DNA of 61,784 bases, counting the filler, from Globobulimina sp. (Eukaryota): the NCBI GenBank assembly GCA_003354225.1. It is 17 parts of 17 records of this genome, joined end to end, with 100 filler letters (N's around TTAATTAATTAA, not from the genome) between each part and the next. Parts side by side here need not be neighbours in the genome. Positions count along the whole stretch, not along the records: positions 43,695 to 47,233 come from PIVH01002555.1; positions 47,334 to 50,871 come from PIVH01002556.1; positions 50,972 to 54,509 come from PIVH01002557.1; positions 54,610 to 58,147 come from PIVH01002558.1; 13 more parts are not named here. One strand, given 5' to 3'. How positions within the stretch are numbered: the stretch's first letter is position 1; each line of letters opens with the position of its first letter. The translations under genes were made by a program, and so were the position numbers. This document shows, one piece after another, positions 44,771 through 56,965 of this stretch. A model generated the notes under the pieces. That model searched no databases and was not told the origin of the DNA. It saw only the letters and a list, made by a program, of their open reading frames with translations.

Positions 44771-46935
44771 ATGAGCTTGCATAGTGACACTAACAATGAC
44801 ACCACACCCGATGGAGAGACTGAAGGATTCCAGCACTTGTCTCCACATATTGAACATTCAGCACTTGTCGCCACATTAATGTCATTGGGTATAGCATCGC
44901 AAAATGCATGTATCAGAGCAACCGCTGCTGTCAATAATAAAAGTGTCGAAGAAGCAGTTGAATGGCTATTCTCTCATTTGAACGATACAGATATAAATGA
45001 GTCCATTCAGCCAAATATTGAGTCATATTCATTAAAACAATGGTGTTTAGCGAATGGATTTTCAATTGATTTATGTCACCGACTACAACGTGCTCCACTT
45101 TATATTGATACATTGCAAAAATTACAATTTTTAACATCTGATGAGGATATTAACGATTTGGTGCAAGAATTAGGCTTACGATTTGGTAAAAAAGCTGCCT
45201 TTGTCCAAGCAATGCAAAAACTTAAAGTTAACTCACCGTATTTATTTATTACAGTGCAAGGATAGTGAATGTACTGTACATTACATTTTTACACAACAAG
45301 GAAAAGGATATATCACCGGAAGAACTATTAATGGACCAAATTCACACAGAAAGCAAGAAAAACCCTCCTGAACCTTGGCATTGTTCACTTTGCGAATATA
45401 CCAATATTGGTACAGATGAACTTTGTTTAATGTGCAGTTCCGCAAAACCTCCAAAAACTGCTCCAAAGTTATTGATATATATTATCTAATTTAAAAATAT
45501 CTTTTTTACAATTTCCCATTATATTTTTTTTGAAAGAAATACCAAATTAATGCAATCAGAAACGGCGATTGAAACAATTGTAAAACAAGAAAACAAGGAA
45601 ACGAAGCAAGATGAGGCTGCAATGAATGATTCCGCATTGCATTGTACCCGTTGCAGTCAGGGATTCCATAAAAACGACTGGAGTCAACATAACGTAATGT
45701 TGGATGCTAAGAATGGAATGGCTTATACGCATTTAATGTGTCCAACATTGGACAGCAACGTCAACATTTCGATGAATGCAACCACACCAAATCAATTTAT
45801 ATCTGATCATAAAACTCCTGATCGCAAAATGCAGCAACGAATTTATAAAAAACCAAACAACACAAAACCTAAACCCGTTCAGGAGAAGAAAGCAGCAAAA
45901 ACGGATAAAAAAGCAAACAAAACAAAATCTAAACTTGTGGAGGATAAGAAAGAAGCAAAAATTGATGATTCCAGATTGCGTTGCAATCGTTGCAAAGAAG
46001 AGTTAAGTGACAGAGACTGGAACAGACAGAATGTTGTCATGGATCAAGATGTATTTTATACACATTTAATGTGTCCAAAATTAAATAAAAAGAAAAAGAA
46101 AACAAAATTAAAAGCGAATCCAAAATCTATCCTTAAAGATATTAATAAAAAGTTTGTAGAGCATAAATCTTTTGGCGATATGACATTTGCGCCAAACCCT
46201 GATTTAACAAAGGATGAAATTGATGGTGAATGTCATATTCGTGATGGTATGATACCTTACAGAACTTTACAGAAATCTAATTTTTTGAAGTTGTATGATT
46301 CAACCAAAGCTGCTCCAAAGTATGACGATATAATTCATCATTTACCTGATGATTTGCTCGATGATTTCAAAGAGTGTTATCAGACAATTTGTGGTCAATA
46401 TACTGACCATATTGTTGGCAGAACCTGTGTTAAGGCCTGGACTCATGAAGAAAATGAATTTACTGCGTCTCGGTTTTATTGCAAATTGAATGCTGCGCTG
46501 TTATCTGACCATAGCGAGTTATTGAAAGAGTGGATGTTATTAATTCGCGGTTTGAATAAGTTTTTGGTGAATACGAGGCCAAAGGAAAAGATTGTTTGTT
46601 ATAGGAAATCTGATTTAAGTTTAGCTCAATTTAAGAGAATTGAAGTTGGTAAGAAATATAGAATAGCAATGTATACGGCGACATCAACGAATAAGGAGTT
46701 TGTGAAGCAATGGAATAGAAACAGTGGCACATTTTATTGGATATTTAATGTTCCAGCAAATTGCTATAATGCATGTTGTATTGCAGAATATTCGTATCAC
46801 GGGGAAGAGAGTGAAGTGTTAATGCCGCCATATTCTTCCATACAGATTGTGTCTAAAAAAGCTGATGGTTATATAACCGCAAACGTTTTGGATAATAAAA
46901 ATTGTTCAATGGATTTACCTACAATTGTTTCATAA
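44771..46935 (+). CDS. UBA - SAM - RanBP2/NZF finger - 2x C2HC repeat - R-S-E ADP-ribosyltransferase; introns 45227-45300 and 45468-45536
   Basis: UBA LVATLMSLGI..A..A..N.SVEEAVEWL; SAM LKQW..L.FG....F; WHCSLCEYTN....CLMC; two CxxC..DW...NV..THLMCP repeats; ART CYRK, YTATST, EESEVL. Both introns restore the frame. Confidence 0.8.
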
Positions 46936-47709
46936 GCTAGCTTTGGTTACATGTATGACGAATTTACAAAACTTTCTTGAATTTTTAGCACATAGTTCTT
47001 TGCATATCCATCATGGCAGTTGCTTTGAATAATGCAGTTTTACGAACATTTAAATGTGTCGATTCAACAATTTCTCCAAGCCAATACACTCAATGTTTAT
47101 GCGGTGTGGATAATGATATTCTGCCATTGCAATGTGATCACATTATAATCATTTCATTGCCGTACAAAAAAAACGACATTAAAAAGGCAATGAAAGAGTT
47201 CATTACCACAGAATTTAGTGATGGTTCAATGATNNNNNNNNNNNNNNNNNNNNNNNNNNNNNNNNNNNNNNNNNNNNTTAATTAATTAANNNNNNNNNNN
47301 NNNNNNNNNNNNNNNNNNNNNNNNNNNNNNNNNATAAAAACACGAAAAAATAAAAAAAAAAAAAAAAAAGAAAAACACAACAACAAAAAATAAAAATAAA
47401 AAAAAAAAAAGGAAAACAAAAAAGAATGCATAAAAAATATTTTCAAACAGATAATTTAAAAATCAATTCAATTATATTTGAAGCGATCTAAATATCTTTT
47501 TCATGAATTTTGATGTACAAAATACGAATTTATGTCATGTCTTTATGTGAGTTTAGATTGAAAATAATATATAGGGAAAACCAACAACATTGCCATAAAC
47601 ATAATAAATAAATAAATAAATATTCCATTTAATGGCAGAACAAGAAAAGGGGAGCACGTGAAACTAAATAATACGAATACGTTACAACTATAGCTAAAAT
47701 TATTAAGAT

Positions 47710-49098
47710 CTATTTGATTTTGGGGGATAACACATTGCCGGAAACAGGCGTTTTAACCGTCGGAGTTTTATTTTTTTTATCAAAAAGAGACACAGTTTCA
47801 TCGATTAATGATGTAATCGCATCCGGTATGGACAGCAAATTAATTTTGATGGACAACGTTTTTTTATATTTTGGCTTCAAGCCATTGTCATAATTGTATG
47901 GCGTTGATGGCGGTGCATCAATATCAAAATTTACGTCTTGCTCAGATGGGTCAAGTGAAGGTGTATATAAATCAGAATTATACTCATGTTCAGACTCAGT
48001 CTCTTCCGAATCGTTGCCATTAATTTTAATTTCATCGATGTCGCAATGTAGATCGGAATAAGAATTCGAAGTATATGGCGATATTATAGATGGAGGATAC
48101 TGCTCCAATAACTCTTCAGATATAACAATGACTTTATTAAAATCAATTTTTTCCCATTTCAAGTGTTGGAAAAAACAATGTAAGGAAACGTCATCACGGA
48201 CTTTGGATAATAACTGTTTTTTGAAATAGATCAACAACGCAGTGGATAAATACAACGATATCTGTTGGCTGCCTGTATTATGCGAGAGGCAGTAATCATA
48301 AATGCGTGCAATGACATTAATCTCTTTGATTTCGTGCGCGAACCACGTCAATAGCCACGATATACAGAATGATAATAAATGAGCGGATTCCAGAGATTCA
48401 AATAACAGACTCAGCTCTGAGTCGTGATAGGAGATTATTTTAAATATTAATTGCAACGATGTGAAGTTTAAGGCAGACGCACCGTTCATTATATAATCAG
48501 ATAAATGCGTGGTGGCCACACGTTGACTTATTGACCGCGTCAACTCCAAACTGCCACAAACTGCGTAAATCACAGATACCACGTCGTTGAATCCTTGAAT
48601 GTAATGCATCTGTACGTAAATGCATATGTTATTATATAATTATGTGTTTTTGTACAATTTTACCTCTGTTGATTCATCAAACATTGAATGTAATATACGA
48701 CCCAAATGGCTTTGTGCTTCCTCTTTTTTTTGTTGTGACAACGTATAGAAATTTAAGATTGAGCGCGCTATGTCTTTCTCGATTTGATCATAATTTGGTT
48801 TATTGGATGCTCTGTTGTGCAATGATAAAGTTCTGGGTTTGGTGGGTGATTTTGGTTTTGGTACCGGTTTGGTTTTGTGGTTGATTTTAATGGAGAGTGT
48901 GCCGACAGATTTGGATCGGTTTCTTGAGGGTGTTTTTTTAGCTTTTATGCCCAATAAAATTGGCCATACTTGTTTGCGTAATTTGTTATTAATAAAACCA
49001 TGTTTTTTAGCTAAAATTTTTAATTCTTCCACATTATTATCTTTCACTGCTTCTTTAATTTTTTTAATTTTAAACATTTGCGTAGCCATTTTTTCCAA
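47710..49098 (-). CDS. TBC-domain Rab GTPase-activating protein (TBC1D20-like); intron 48610-48663
   Basis: GFINNKLRKQVWPILLG, R-finger IEKDIARS, Q-finger HYIQGFND and SWLLTWFAH. Confidence 0.92.
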
Positions 49099-49323
49099 AT
49101 TGGTTCAAATAAAAAAGGTGTATATTGGCCGGATTGTTTTCGAACGAGTGTCGATAAAATTAGTGTGGTTTGATTATTTAAAATCGTTCGTTATCTCTAG
49201 AGCGAGTTGAGATGTTGGTGTGTATATATTTATGGTTGCAACGGAAGAATGACTAGCTGAAGATGTGTAGACTGTTTTGGGGTTGAAAATTTTGTACAAT
49301 ACTATTATATGAACTTTAGACCA

Positions 49324-49527
49324 ATCACCACAATAAATTAGCTCACTACACTGCAGACACAACTATTGAGCTTATTTATTGTGGTGATAGATTAACTCCA
49401 AAAGTTGAAGTTCGATCACCACAATGAAAATTAGCTCAATAGTTGTGATTGCAGTGCGTTGTGTCTGCAGTTATCCACTGCAGACACAAATAGTGATTTT
49501 CATTGTGGTGATCGGACTTCAACTTTT
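49324..49527. repeat. Four-arm palindromic element (two nested or adjacent hairpins)
   Basis: ATCACCACAAT and its reverse complement alternate four times: hairpins 49324-49388 and 49400-49527, with an inner TTGTGTCTGCAGT/ACTGCAGACACAA pair. Confidence 0.85.
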
Positions 49528-49876
49528 TGTTTTGTGTTTGCTCGGTCGGTGTGGTGGGAGATACAGCTGTTGTATCTATTGATAAAAATCCATTATAAAA
49601 CAAATCGCAAAATCGCGATACTATTTATAATGTATAATGTTTAAGATAGATACGCAAAATGGAAAAGCAAAAGATAATAAATTGTGAGAAACATTGAGTT
49701 ATTTATATTAGAAAAAGGATAAGTTTTTATTTGTGGGACTATTAATATTTGATGTTGTTACTTGATTAATTGAAATCAGTCATATTTAATATCGCTTACA
49801 TCCAATCCAAAACAAAAAAAATACCGTTGAATCAAAGACAAGCATTGGTAGCTAGCTATAGAGCGAATGATGGAAC

Positions 49877-50871
49877 CTATGACTTAAATGCATTCCTTTC
49901 ATATTGGTGAAGGCCCCACTTCCACCAACAAACCAGATAAGCAGCTGGATATCCCTTCGTATCACATTTTGCAAACATTGACATTAACCGTATATAACCA
50001 TTAGCAGTACGATTTTGAGCATCCATCAGATACAGAATCAGAAACTCCTGAAAGCTTGCAAAGAAACGATCCGTTTCCATATGACTTCTAATGACAGACA
50101 CACACGATCTTGTATCATTTTGCTGGGACAGAGTTCTCGTTATAGTTCGAATTCCTTTGCCACAGCCCCAAAAATCAAATATTTTAGGTTTAATCAATAT
50201 AAACCTCTGCGGATTTTTAAATAAACGGTCCGTATATTGCATACACCAAACTTTATGCGATGCATCATCTACCACAAATATGCTCTCATATTTATTTAAC
50301 TCAATATAATCGTTGATAAGTTCCAGCGTTTTGCCAGCTCCATCAGTCGCAATGACCATATCGAACATATAATACGCGTCCACAATGTTGTGTGATGTAA
50401 TAGCAGTTCCTTGATGATGCTGTTTCCATTTTAAGTACAATCCAACTAATGCTTCATGGACGTATGCGGCGTATACCTTTTTAGCTCTGGTGTAGTAACA
50501 GTAGTATTTGCATATGATATGCATGTATATGTTGCAAATAATATAAATTATACAATCAATCAAGAAAAGGAGTGAACAGACCTTGTATATAAAATGACAT
50601 TGAAATCTTTAGCTAATACAAACTCCAATATTTCGAAAAAATGTGGTCTGATTATCGAGGTAATATTTAACTGCCTCAAATAGAATAATTCAAATCCATA
50701 TTGCCAAAGGCCTTGGATTTTGTTATCTGTTATATTTGCAATGTCTTTTACGAAAATATCATATCCGATTAAAGGCCATGTGGATGACAAAATTGTTTCG
50801 TCAATATCTAAAATCAACAGTCTTTTTCTGATTTGGAATATCGATGCTGGTGGTTTTATAACGAATGAGTT
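49877..50871 (-). CDS. FCP1/NIF-like HAD phosphatase, 5'-partial; intron 50487-50581
   Basis: Motif I LILDIDETIL, IRPH, spliced LYTRAKKVYA, and motif IV VVDD. Confidence 0.8.
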
Positions 50872-51031
50872 NNNNNNNNNNNNNNNNNNNNNNNNNNNNN
50901 NNNNNNNNNNNNNNNTTAATTAATTAANNNNNNNNNNNNNNNNNNNNNNNNNNNNNNNNNNNNNNNNNNNNTTTATTCGCTGTCAAAACTAGAAAAAAAA
51001 GAATATATTTAACAACTTTGCTGCTCGTTAG

Positions 51032-53869
51032 TTACTTGGTAGATTGCATTTGCAAACAATAATATTCCTGAATATCAAAGACACACTCCTTCAATTTCCA
51101 GTCTTTCAAAATATGATTGCATATTTTCTCATTTTTGTTTCTTATATTTGACAATTTGATCATTTTGAATTTGAGCGAGCCATCCAATGAAAACACAATA
51201 TATTCATAGCTATCATTGCTGACATTTTTATTCTTCTTCCACTCAAAATCACTAAAATTCAGCACATCCAATGGCATAAAAGAGATATTGATATCGTCGA
51301 TTATTAAAATCATTTGATTCGACGCGTAGCAATTATAATAATTCAACTTATCCAACTTATACTGTTCCTTATTTATTTGAAACAGCGACAGCGAAAATCC
51401 TAACTTACAACTTTGAAATGCCGAGAAAATAATCGATGAACACTCGTTGTTGCTGGCCATCGAACGCAGCGAAGCATCAAAATGCAATCTCCCCTTTATC
51501 AAAAACCGGTCATTCAGCGAATAATATCGAAAATACTCGTTATATAACGCTATAATCGCAGCTATAATGCAGTCAATGTCCGAGATATATTTATCCGGCT
51601 CATTTATTCCCACATCCAAGCCGGAAATTTGGATGGTTTGCAAAGCAGAAATATTTAATTTCATCTCTTCCGAAGTCTGTCCCGCAATGGATATGATTTG
51701 CTGCGCCAATTTGAAGGACTGCTCTTTGTCCTGTTGTTGCTGAACAATTTTGTCGTCGTCCACGCCGTACAAAGTCTCGTCGTGCTCCGCTTCGAATTCG
51801 CGTTGTGGGTCCCGAGTTTGCTCGTAATTATAATTTAAATTAGATCGAGTTTGCGACAAAGTGGCTCTTCGCAGGTTGTTCACTGACGGCGTCACATTCG
51901 CGTCCATATATTCTATATTCGTATAATTTGTATGCGAGGTGGCCGAAAATACCAATGCAAAATCATCATTTGCATGCGATCCGCTTTCGACATGGCCAGA
52001 AATATTAATGTCCGACGCCGGCTGCGTTATAACATATTCTGAGGCCATCAAACTGGAGGCGGCGCCGCCTGCGCTCGAAGTCGCTGCGCCGTGTTGGCAG
52101 CTTCTCTGTTTTCGGAACTTTACGTGCTGCAAAGCCAAGGTTAGCGAGGGAGTCGTATTTGGGGTTCGGCCGTAATGCGACAGCAATGAGCGAATATAGA
52201 CATAATTCTGCAGTGTCTGTATCTTGGTCCTCCAGTTTTGTTTGCGTTTTTTATATGTTTTTGACAATACTTTGTAGGAATTAACTGCTGCCAACGTGTT
52301 GCTGTTCGAGTCTTTCGTTTTGCTATATTTGCCATACAATATCATTTCAGAGACAATGTATGGAATAATTGTACATAGCAATAGACAAAAAATGATGGCA
52401 GTGTATGTAATGGAAAACAGATATTTATCACAATTCAGCTGATCAATGCCGAATATTAATAATATTAAGACCATCAAACTGATACTCATCGAAAAATAAT
52501 CAACGTGGTCGATTTGTAATACTATGACAGAATATGTCAACAATAATTGGTGCAATTTATAGTCAATCATTGCCAAAATACTGCTCAATAATATGGTCAT
52601 TATGGCTCGTACACAAATTAAAGTGATCCACGTGTAACATTGCCAATGTTTAATGTCATTGTTTTCAAACAACAATGTTGATATAAACGTGGATCCGATA
52701 AATAACGCACAAAATGCGGATAACAGCAACATATAACATCTCCTCTCCGCATTCATGAGCACATAAAATATTTTCGAACCAACCGGTATCCATATCATTA
52801 ACGTACAATATGGCACCAATAAAACCAGCGCAATCTGCCTCTCATCGAAATTATAGCCCTGTTTATCAGAGCTGACATACAAAACAAATAAAAATCCGAA
52901 ATCAAACCAGGATATCACGCAAGCAATGATAAAATGGGAGAAAATCAACAAATGTTTGACTTTCCGCTTCAACAAATTCATTTGAACTTTTTTCTTATTT
53001 TTCTTCAACTGAATCGCCAATGTCTTTTGTTGCTGTCTTCTGATTTTAACTATCTTTCTGTTATTTGCATTGTTTCTGTATTTAAAATATTTATTCGCCG
53101 GACTCATTCTGCGCACTTTGGATGGAGACTTATTCACTGTCGATATGGACGAAAAGCTCTGAGTCAACCTGGAAATATATGGATGTTCGCTGTCTTTATC
53201 AAACACACTGCCCATTAAACTGTGCGCTGTCTCGATATCGAGTGCCTGCAAATTATTTGCGACTATGTACGAAGCCAGAAACAAATGGAAACATCTCGAA
53301 GAGCATTGTTTTTTATCTGAGAGTGTTTTTTACAGAAATGAGATAATTTGCTCCGTGTTCAAATATGTGAGCGACTGTTCTTCATCTTTCTCGACGAAGA
53401 GTTTGCCATATTTGGCCCAAACGAATTTGGAATATAAAAAAGTAGAAACAGTGCAGCTCAAAAACAATATGAAACAGGTTACAGCAAATCTGTCCTGGTG
53501 CACTTTGACCGGATGCGATGTGTCCACATCGCAAAGATATCCATAAAATGTGGGCACGAATGCAAATGAGCCATATTTGTATGTGAATGCACCATATAAC
53601 AAACCCAAAATGCAGCCGAGTTGCGTGATAATCAATGTATTGGCAATGAAGGAATGTAACCATTTGGAATACTTAAACTGTGTCGTTGTTGCATCGAAAG
53701 CTGAGCCCTGTTTTGGATGCAGCGCAAAATGTAAATCTGGCTCTGAATCGGAAGCGTTTCGACCGTTTGTTACTGCTTTGTTGAGGGAGCTGCTTTGCGA
53801 TACTTTGCTGAAAAAATAAGCAACCGGCGTATTACAAGGAATTCCATTTTCCATTACAAGGAATTCCAT
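51032..53869 (-). CDS. Large multi-pass membrane protein of unknown family; one in-frame TAA at 53330-53332
   Basis: ORFs 53330-53869 and 51032-53284 share a frame and are separated by one stop. About 8 hydrophobic segments. A 22-bp exact duplication at 53831-53874 breaks the frame upstream. Confidence 0.55.
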
Positions 53870-54024
53870 TTTCCAGCCATTTTATGGCCATTTCAATTCA
53901 TCTCAATTCAACTCAAAAATATCAAAATGTCACTTTGGTCGCAAATAGGCAATCTCGCCCACCTTCAGCTACGGCAATAGACATTGTACCGCATTCTCCT
54001 TCTTCTTGAACCACGACAATAGAT

Positions 54025-54186
54025 TCGTGGGCCAGTTTGGCTGTGTTTGATGTGGGCAATTCGTGGATCAGTTTGGCTGTGTTTATTGTGAGCAAATCGT
54101 GGATCACTTTGGATGTGTTTATTGTGGGCAAATCGTGGATCATTTTGGATGTGTTTATTGTGAGCAAATCATGGAGCATTTTGGAT
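54025..54186. repeat. 36-bp tandem repeat, ~4.5 copies (coding IHDLxTINTxK on the minus strand)
   Basis: Units start at 54025, 54061, 54097, 54133 and 54169; in frame within ORF 53922-54179. Confidence 0.9.
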
Positions 54187-54750
54187 CATTTTTGTATTTT
54201 GTTGGGTTGCCTCAGGAGTTGAACCTGAATCTCTGGACGCATCCAGTGCTCTGCTTGAGCTAAGCGACAGCATCGATTGATTGTATGTAAAACGTTGCTT
54301 ATAATTCATACGGCATTCAAATAATTCTAAAAACATACACTAACACACTGTGTTGCCATGAAAAACAATATATAAAAGCTGTTTTTTTTGAAAAAAACAG
54401 TATGATTAGGCTTGTTTTTGCATGAAAAAGTAACACATTTTTATACGTTAACTTTTCATTATTTTAAAAATTATACATAAAAATTCATATTGTATCATAC
54501 TAGTTTGCANNNNNNNNNNNNNNNNNNNNNNNNNNNNNNNNNNNNNNNNNNNNTTAATTAATTAANNNNNNNNNNNNNNNNNNNNNNNNNNNNNNNNNNN
54601 NNNNNNNNNATTCGTCCAAATATCTGTTCTCATGTCCACCTCGCATATAATAATAAATTTGTTGGTAAGGTATCCATATCATTGCGGGTATCATACATCG
54701 AAAGGCTAATTTTTTCACGTCATGTATCTTATTGTTGTGATAAATAAACC

Positions 54751-55245
54751 TTGGTTTGGATGCATTGTGTTATTAATTTGGTTTGGATGGATATCGAAGA
54801 ATATAAAACTAAAACAAAGACTAGATTTGGATATGAATTATTTCGATCATTATTTCTTATCGAAAGTGATGGAGATCGAGTCAATATATTATATTTTTTA
54901 CAATTTTTAGTAAATTTAAAATCATTTACAATATTTTATAAACCTTTCCGTGATTATAAAGGATCTGTATTGATGGATAAATCCTACATTGCTGAACTTA
55001 TCAAAACAATCCAATTTATTAATAATCATAAAAAATTAAGTAAAAGTTTTGAAGAAATAGTAATTGTTTGTCCTCAATTGCCAGAGCGAAATGAATTAAA
55101 TAATTTTATATTAAATAATTTTATTTCACAAAATGATGCGTTATTTGTTGAGAATGGATTTAAATTAACGCATGTCACCTATTCAGATGATAAACGAGCG
55201 GGTTCTGCAAACTCTGATAAAACGTTATCTATTAAAAGATTATGA
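54751..55245 (+). CDS. Hypothetical protein, C-terminal part
   Basis: 164-aa ORF with an ending similar to 14573-14964. Confidence 0.45.
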   Translation: MVWMHCVINLVWMDIEEYKTKTKTRFGYELFRSLFLIESDGDRVNILYFLQFLVNLKSFTIFYKPFRDYKGSVLMDKSYIAELIKTIQFINNHKKLSKSFEEIVIVCPQLPERNELNNFILNNFISQNDALFVENGFKLTHVTYSDDKRAGSANSDKTLSIKRL

Positions 55246-55328
55246 CTTTATTTTATGGTTTTTTTTTTTCATATTTGTGTTTTGTATGTTTGTGTTTTTT
55301 TGTTGTTGCTGCACCAACGTTTTGTCTA

Positions 55329-56915
55329 TTATTTTGTGCATTGCTTTCTATTATAAAATCGTTTCGCTGAATCTTTACCACATTTACATGTTTTACGATC
55401 AGTCTTATTATTCTTTCGACACTTATCAACATGACATATTCTGTTACATTTATGAACACCACAATCCAATACCTTTCCACATGGATCGCCACACGATCTC
55501 TGACGCAGATAACATGGCTTATTATGCACCATAACCCCATGGCCAACACAGGGTTTGCTACATATTCGAATACACTTTGCACAATCACCATGATGGCATT
55601 TATGAGGACATAAATGACCACATCCTATCAATACTTTATTACATATTGAATTACATTGCGGTATTGCCTTTGTACCACATTGAAATGGTCCAACTACGCA
55701 CACCTTACCACACGCACATTGTACACCATTCCTATATGTCACACCGCAGGGATTACATTGTCCGCTATGACAATATGAACCACACAAATGTTTGCCACAA
55801 GATAACTTTTTCCCACACAATTCCCGACATTGATGCGCTTCGAAATAACTCTGTAAACTTCTCCCGCGGCAACAAATTGCAGCACAAATATGTTTACCAC
55901 AGGACTTGACTCGCTTACATTTCTTCCCACAGAGTACCCAATCTTGTCCATCCATTAAAAGAGAAACATCCACAGAGCTGACTATAAATTGTCTCAATCG
56001 TGATTCGTGAATGGTAATCATGACACTTAAATTTCTTCAACGAAGCACCACAGCGACATGCCTTCTTAACCCGTAACGTACAGAATGTACATTTAGTGTC
56101 ATGACACCTGCTACGACAGAAATGTTGTCCACAAGCGAGCATTCTGCCACATTTATGTTTACATTCAGGCAACACATCCAAGCAACTGAAGCAAGATTCC
56201 CGTACCACATTGGAGAATATTGAGGTACCACAGGCACAACGAGTCGGTGTTTGAACCCGTCTATGACAGCCGGAACATGAACCATTATGGCATTTTAATG
56301 TACATTTATGATGCTCACATGTCAATGGCTTGTTACATATTTCAGTACACGAATATTTCCAGACTTTGTGACATTTTACATATATTTCAGTACAACATGG
56401 CCGCAGCTGCGATTTGTATTTACCACAGAAACATTCTTGTTCGATTTGAAGATCACATGCTTGACAGTCGCCGTCATGGCATGGCAGTGTACATTTATGA
56501 GTAATATTGCCGCATAACAATGTTTGAGGCAAGCGCATAGGTTGATTGATATTCATGGTCAAATATGAGTTTGCCACAAAAACATTTATATTGATTAAAT
56601 GTAAAATGTACATCATATTTTATCGATTGAATAATCTGGTTTTACTGCACGTTGTTCGGCTTCTGCAGCTTTGCTTTCTCGTGCTTTGGCCCATTGACTA
56701 GTGTCAAATCAGATATTGAGACAGTGTTTGAAATATATAAAATAAAATTGGAATACTCAACTTTGTGCATGCGATATGAAACACAATATAGCAATGATGG
56801 CATGTCCATACACGCGCCCTTTTACCAACACTGGATTGGCAAACCATGCAATCATAAGTACCCTTAAAGGCCTCAAATATTCAATTCAATTCAATTGTTT
56901 TATTGACAGACATGA
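55329..56915 (-). pseudogene. NFX1/NFXL1-type zinc-finger pseudogene; intron 56698-56761
   Basis: RING-like YDCMVCQ..VWTCHHCYIVFHIAC|.QWA, YKCFCGK and multiple CGxHxCxxxCH repeats. In-frame stops and at least two frameshifts, one a 7-nt duplication at 55998-56011. Confidence 0.8.
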
Positions 56916-56965
56916 TGCTCAGCATCACATGGTTTTCAAACACAAGAAATCAATTCTTCAAAACA

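Noticed and set aside
53330-53332. TAA reassignment (ciliate-like genetic code)
   Set aside because: Long conserved ORFs (dynein, lipase) have no in-frame TAA, and many genes end in TAA. One lesion is a simpler explanation.
54025-54186. 36-bp CRISPR-like repeat or CxxC repeat protein on the plus strand
   Set aside because: No spacers. It is a minisatellite whose minus-strand frame fits the orientation of the neighbouring gene.
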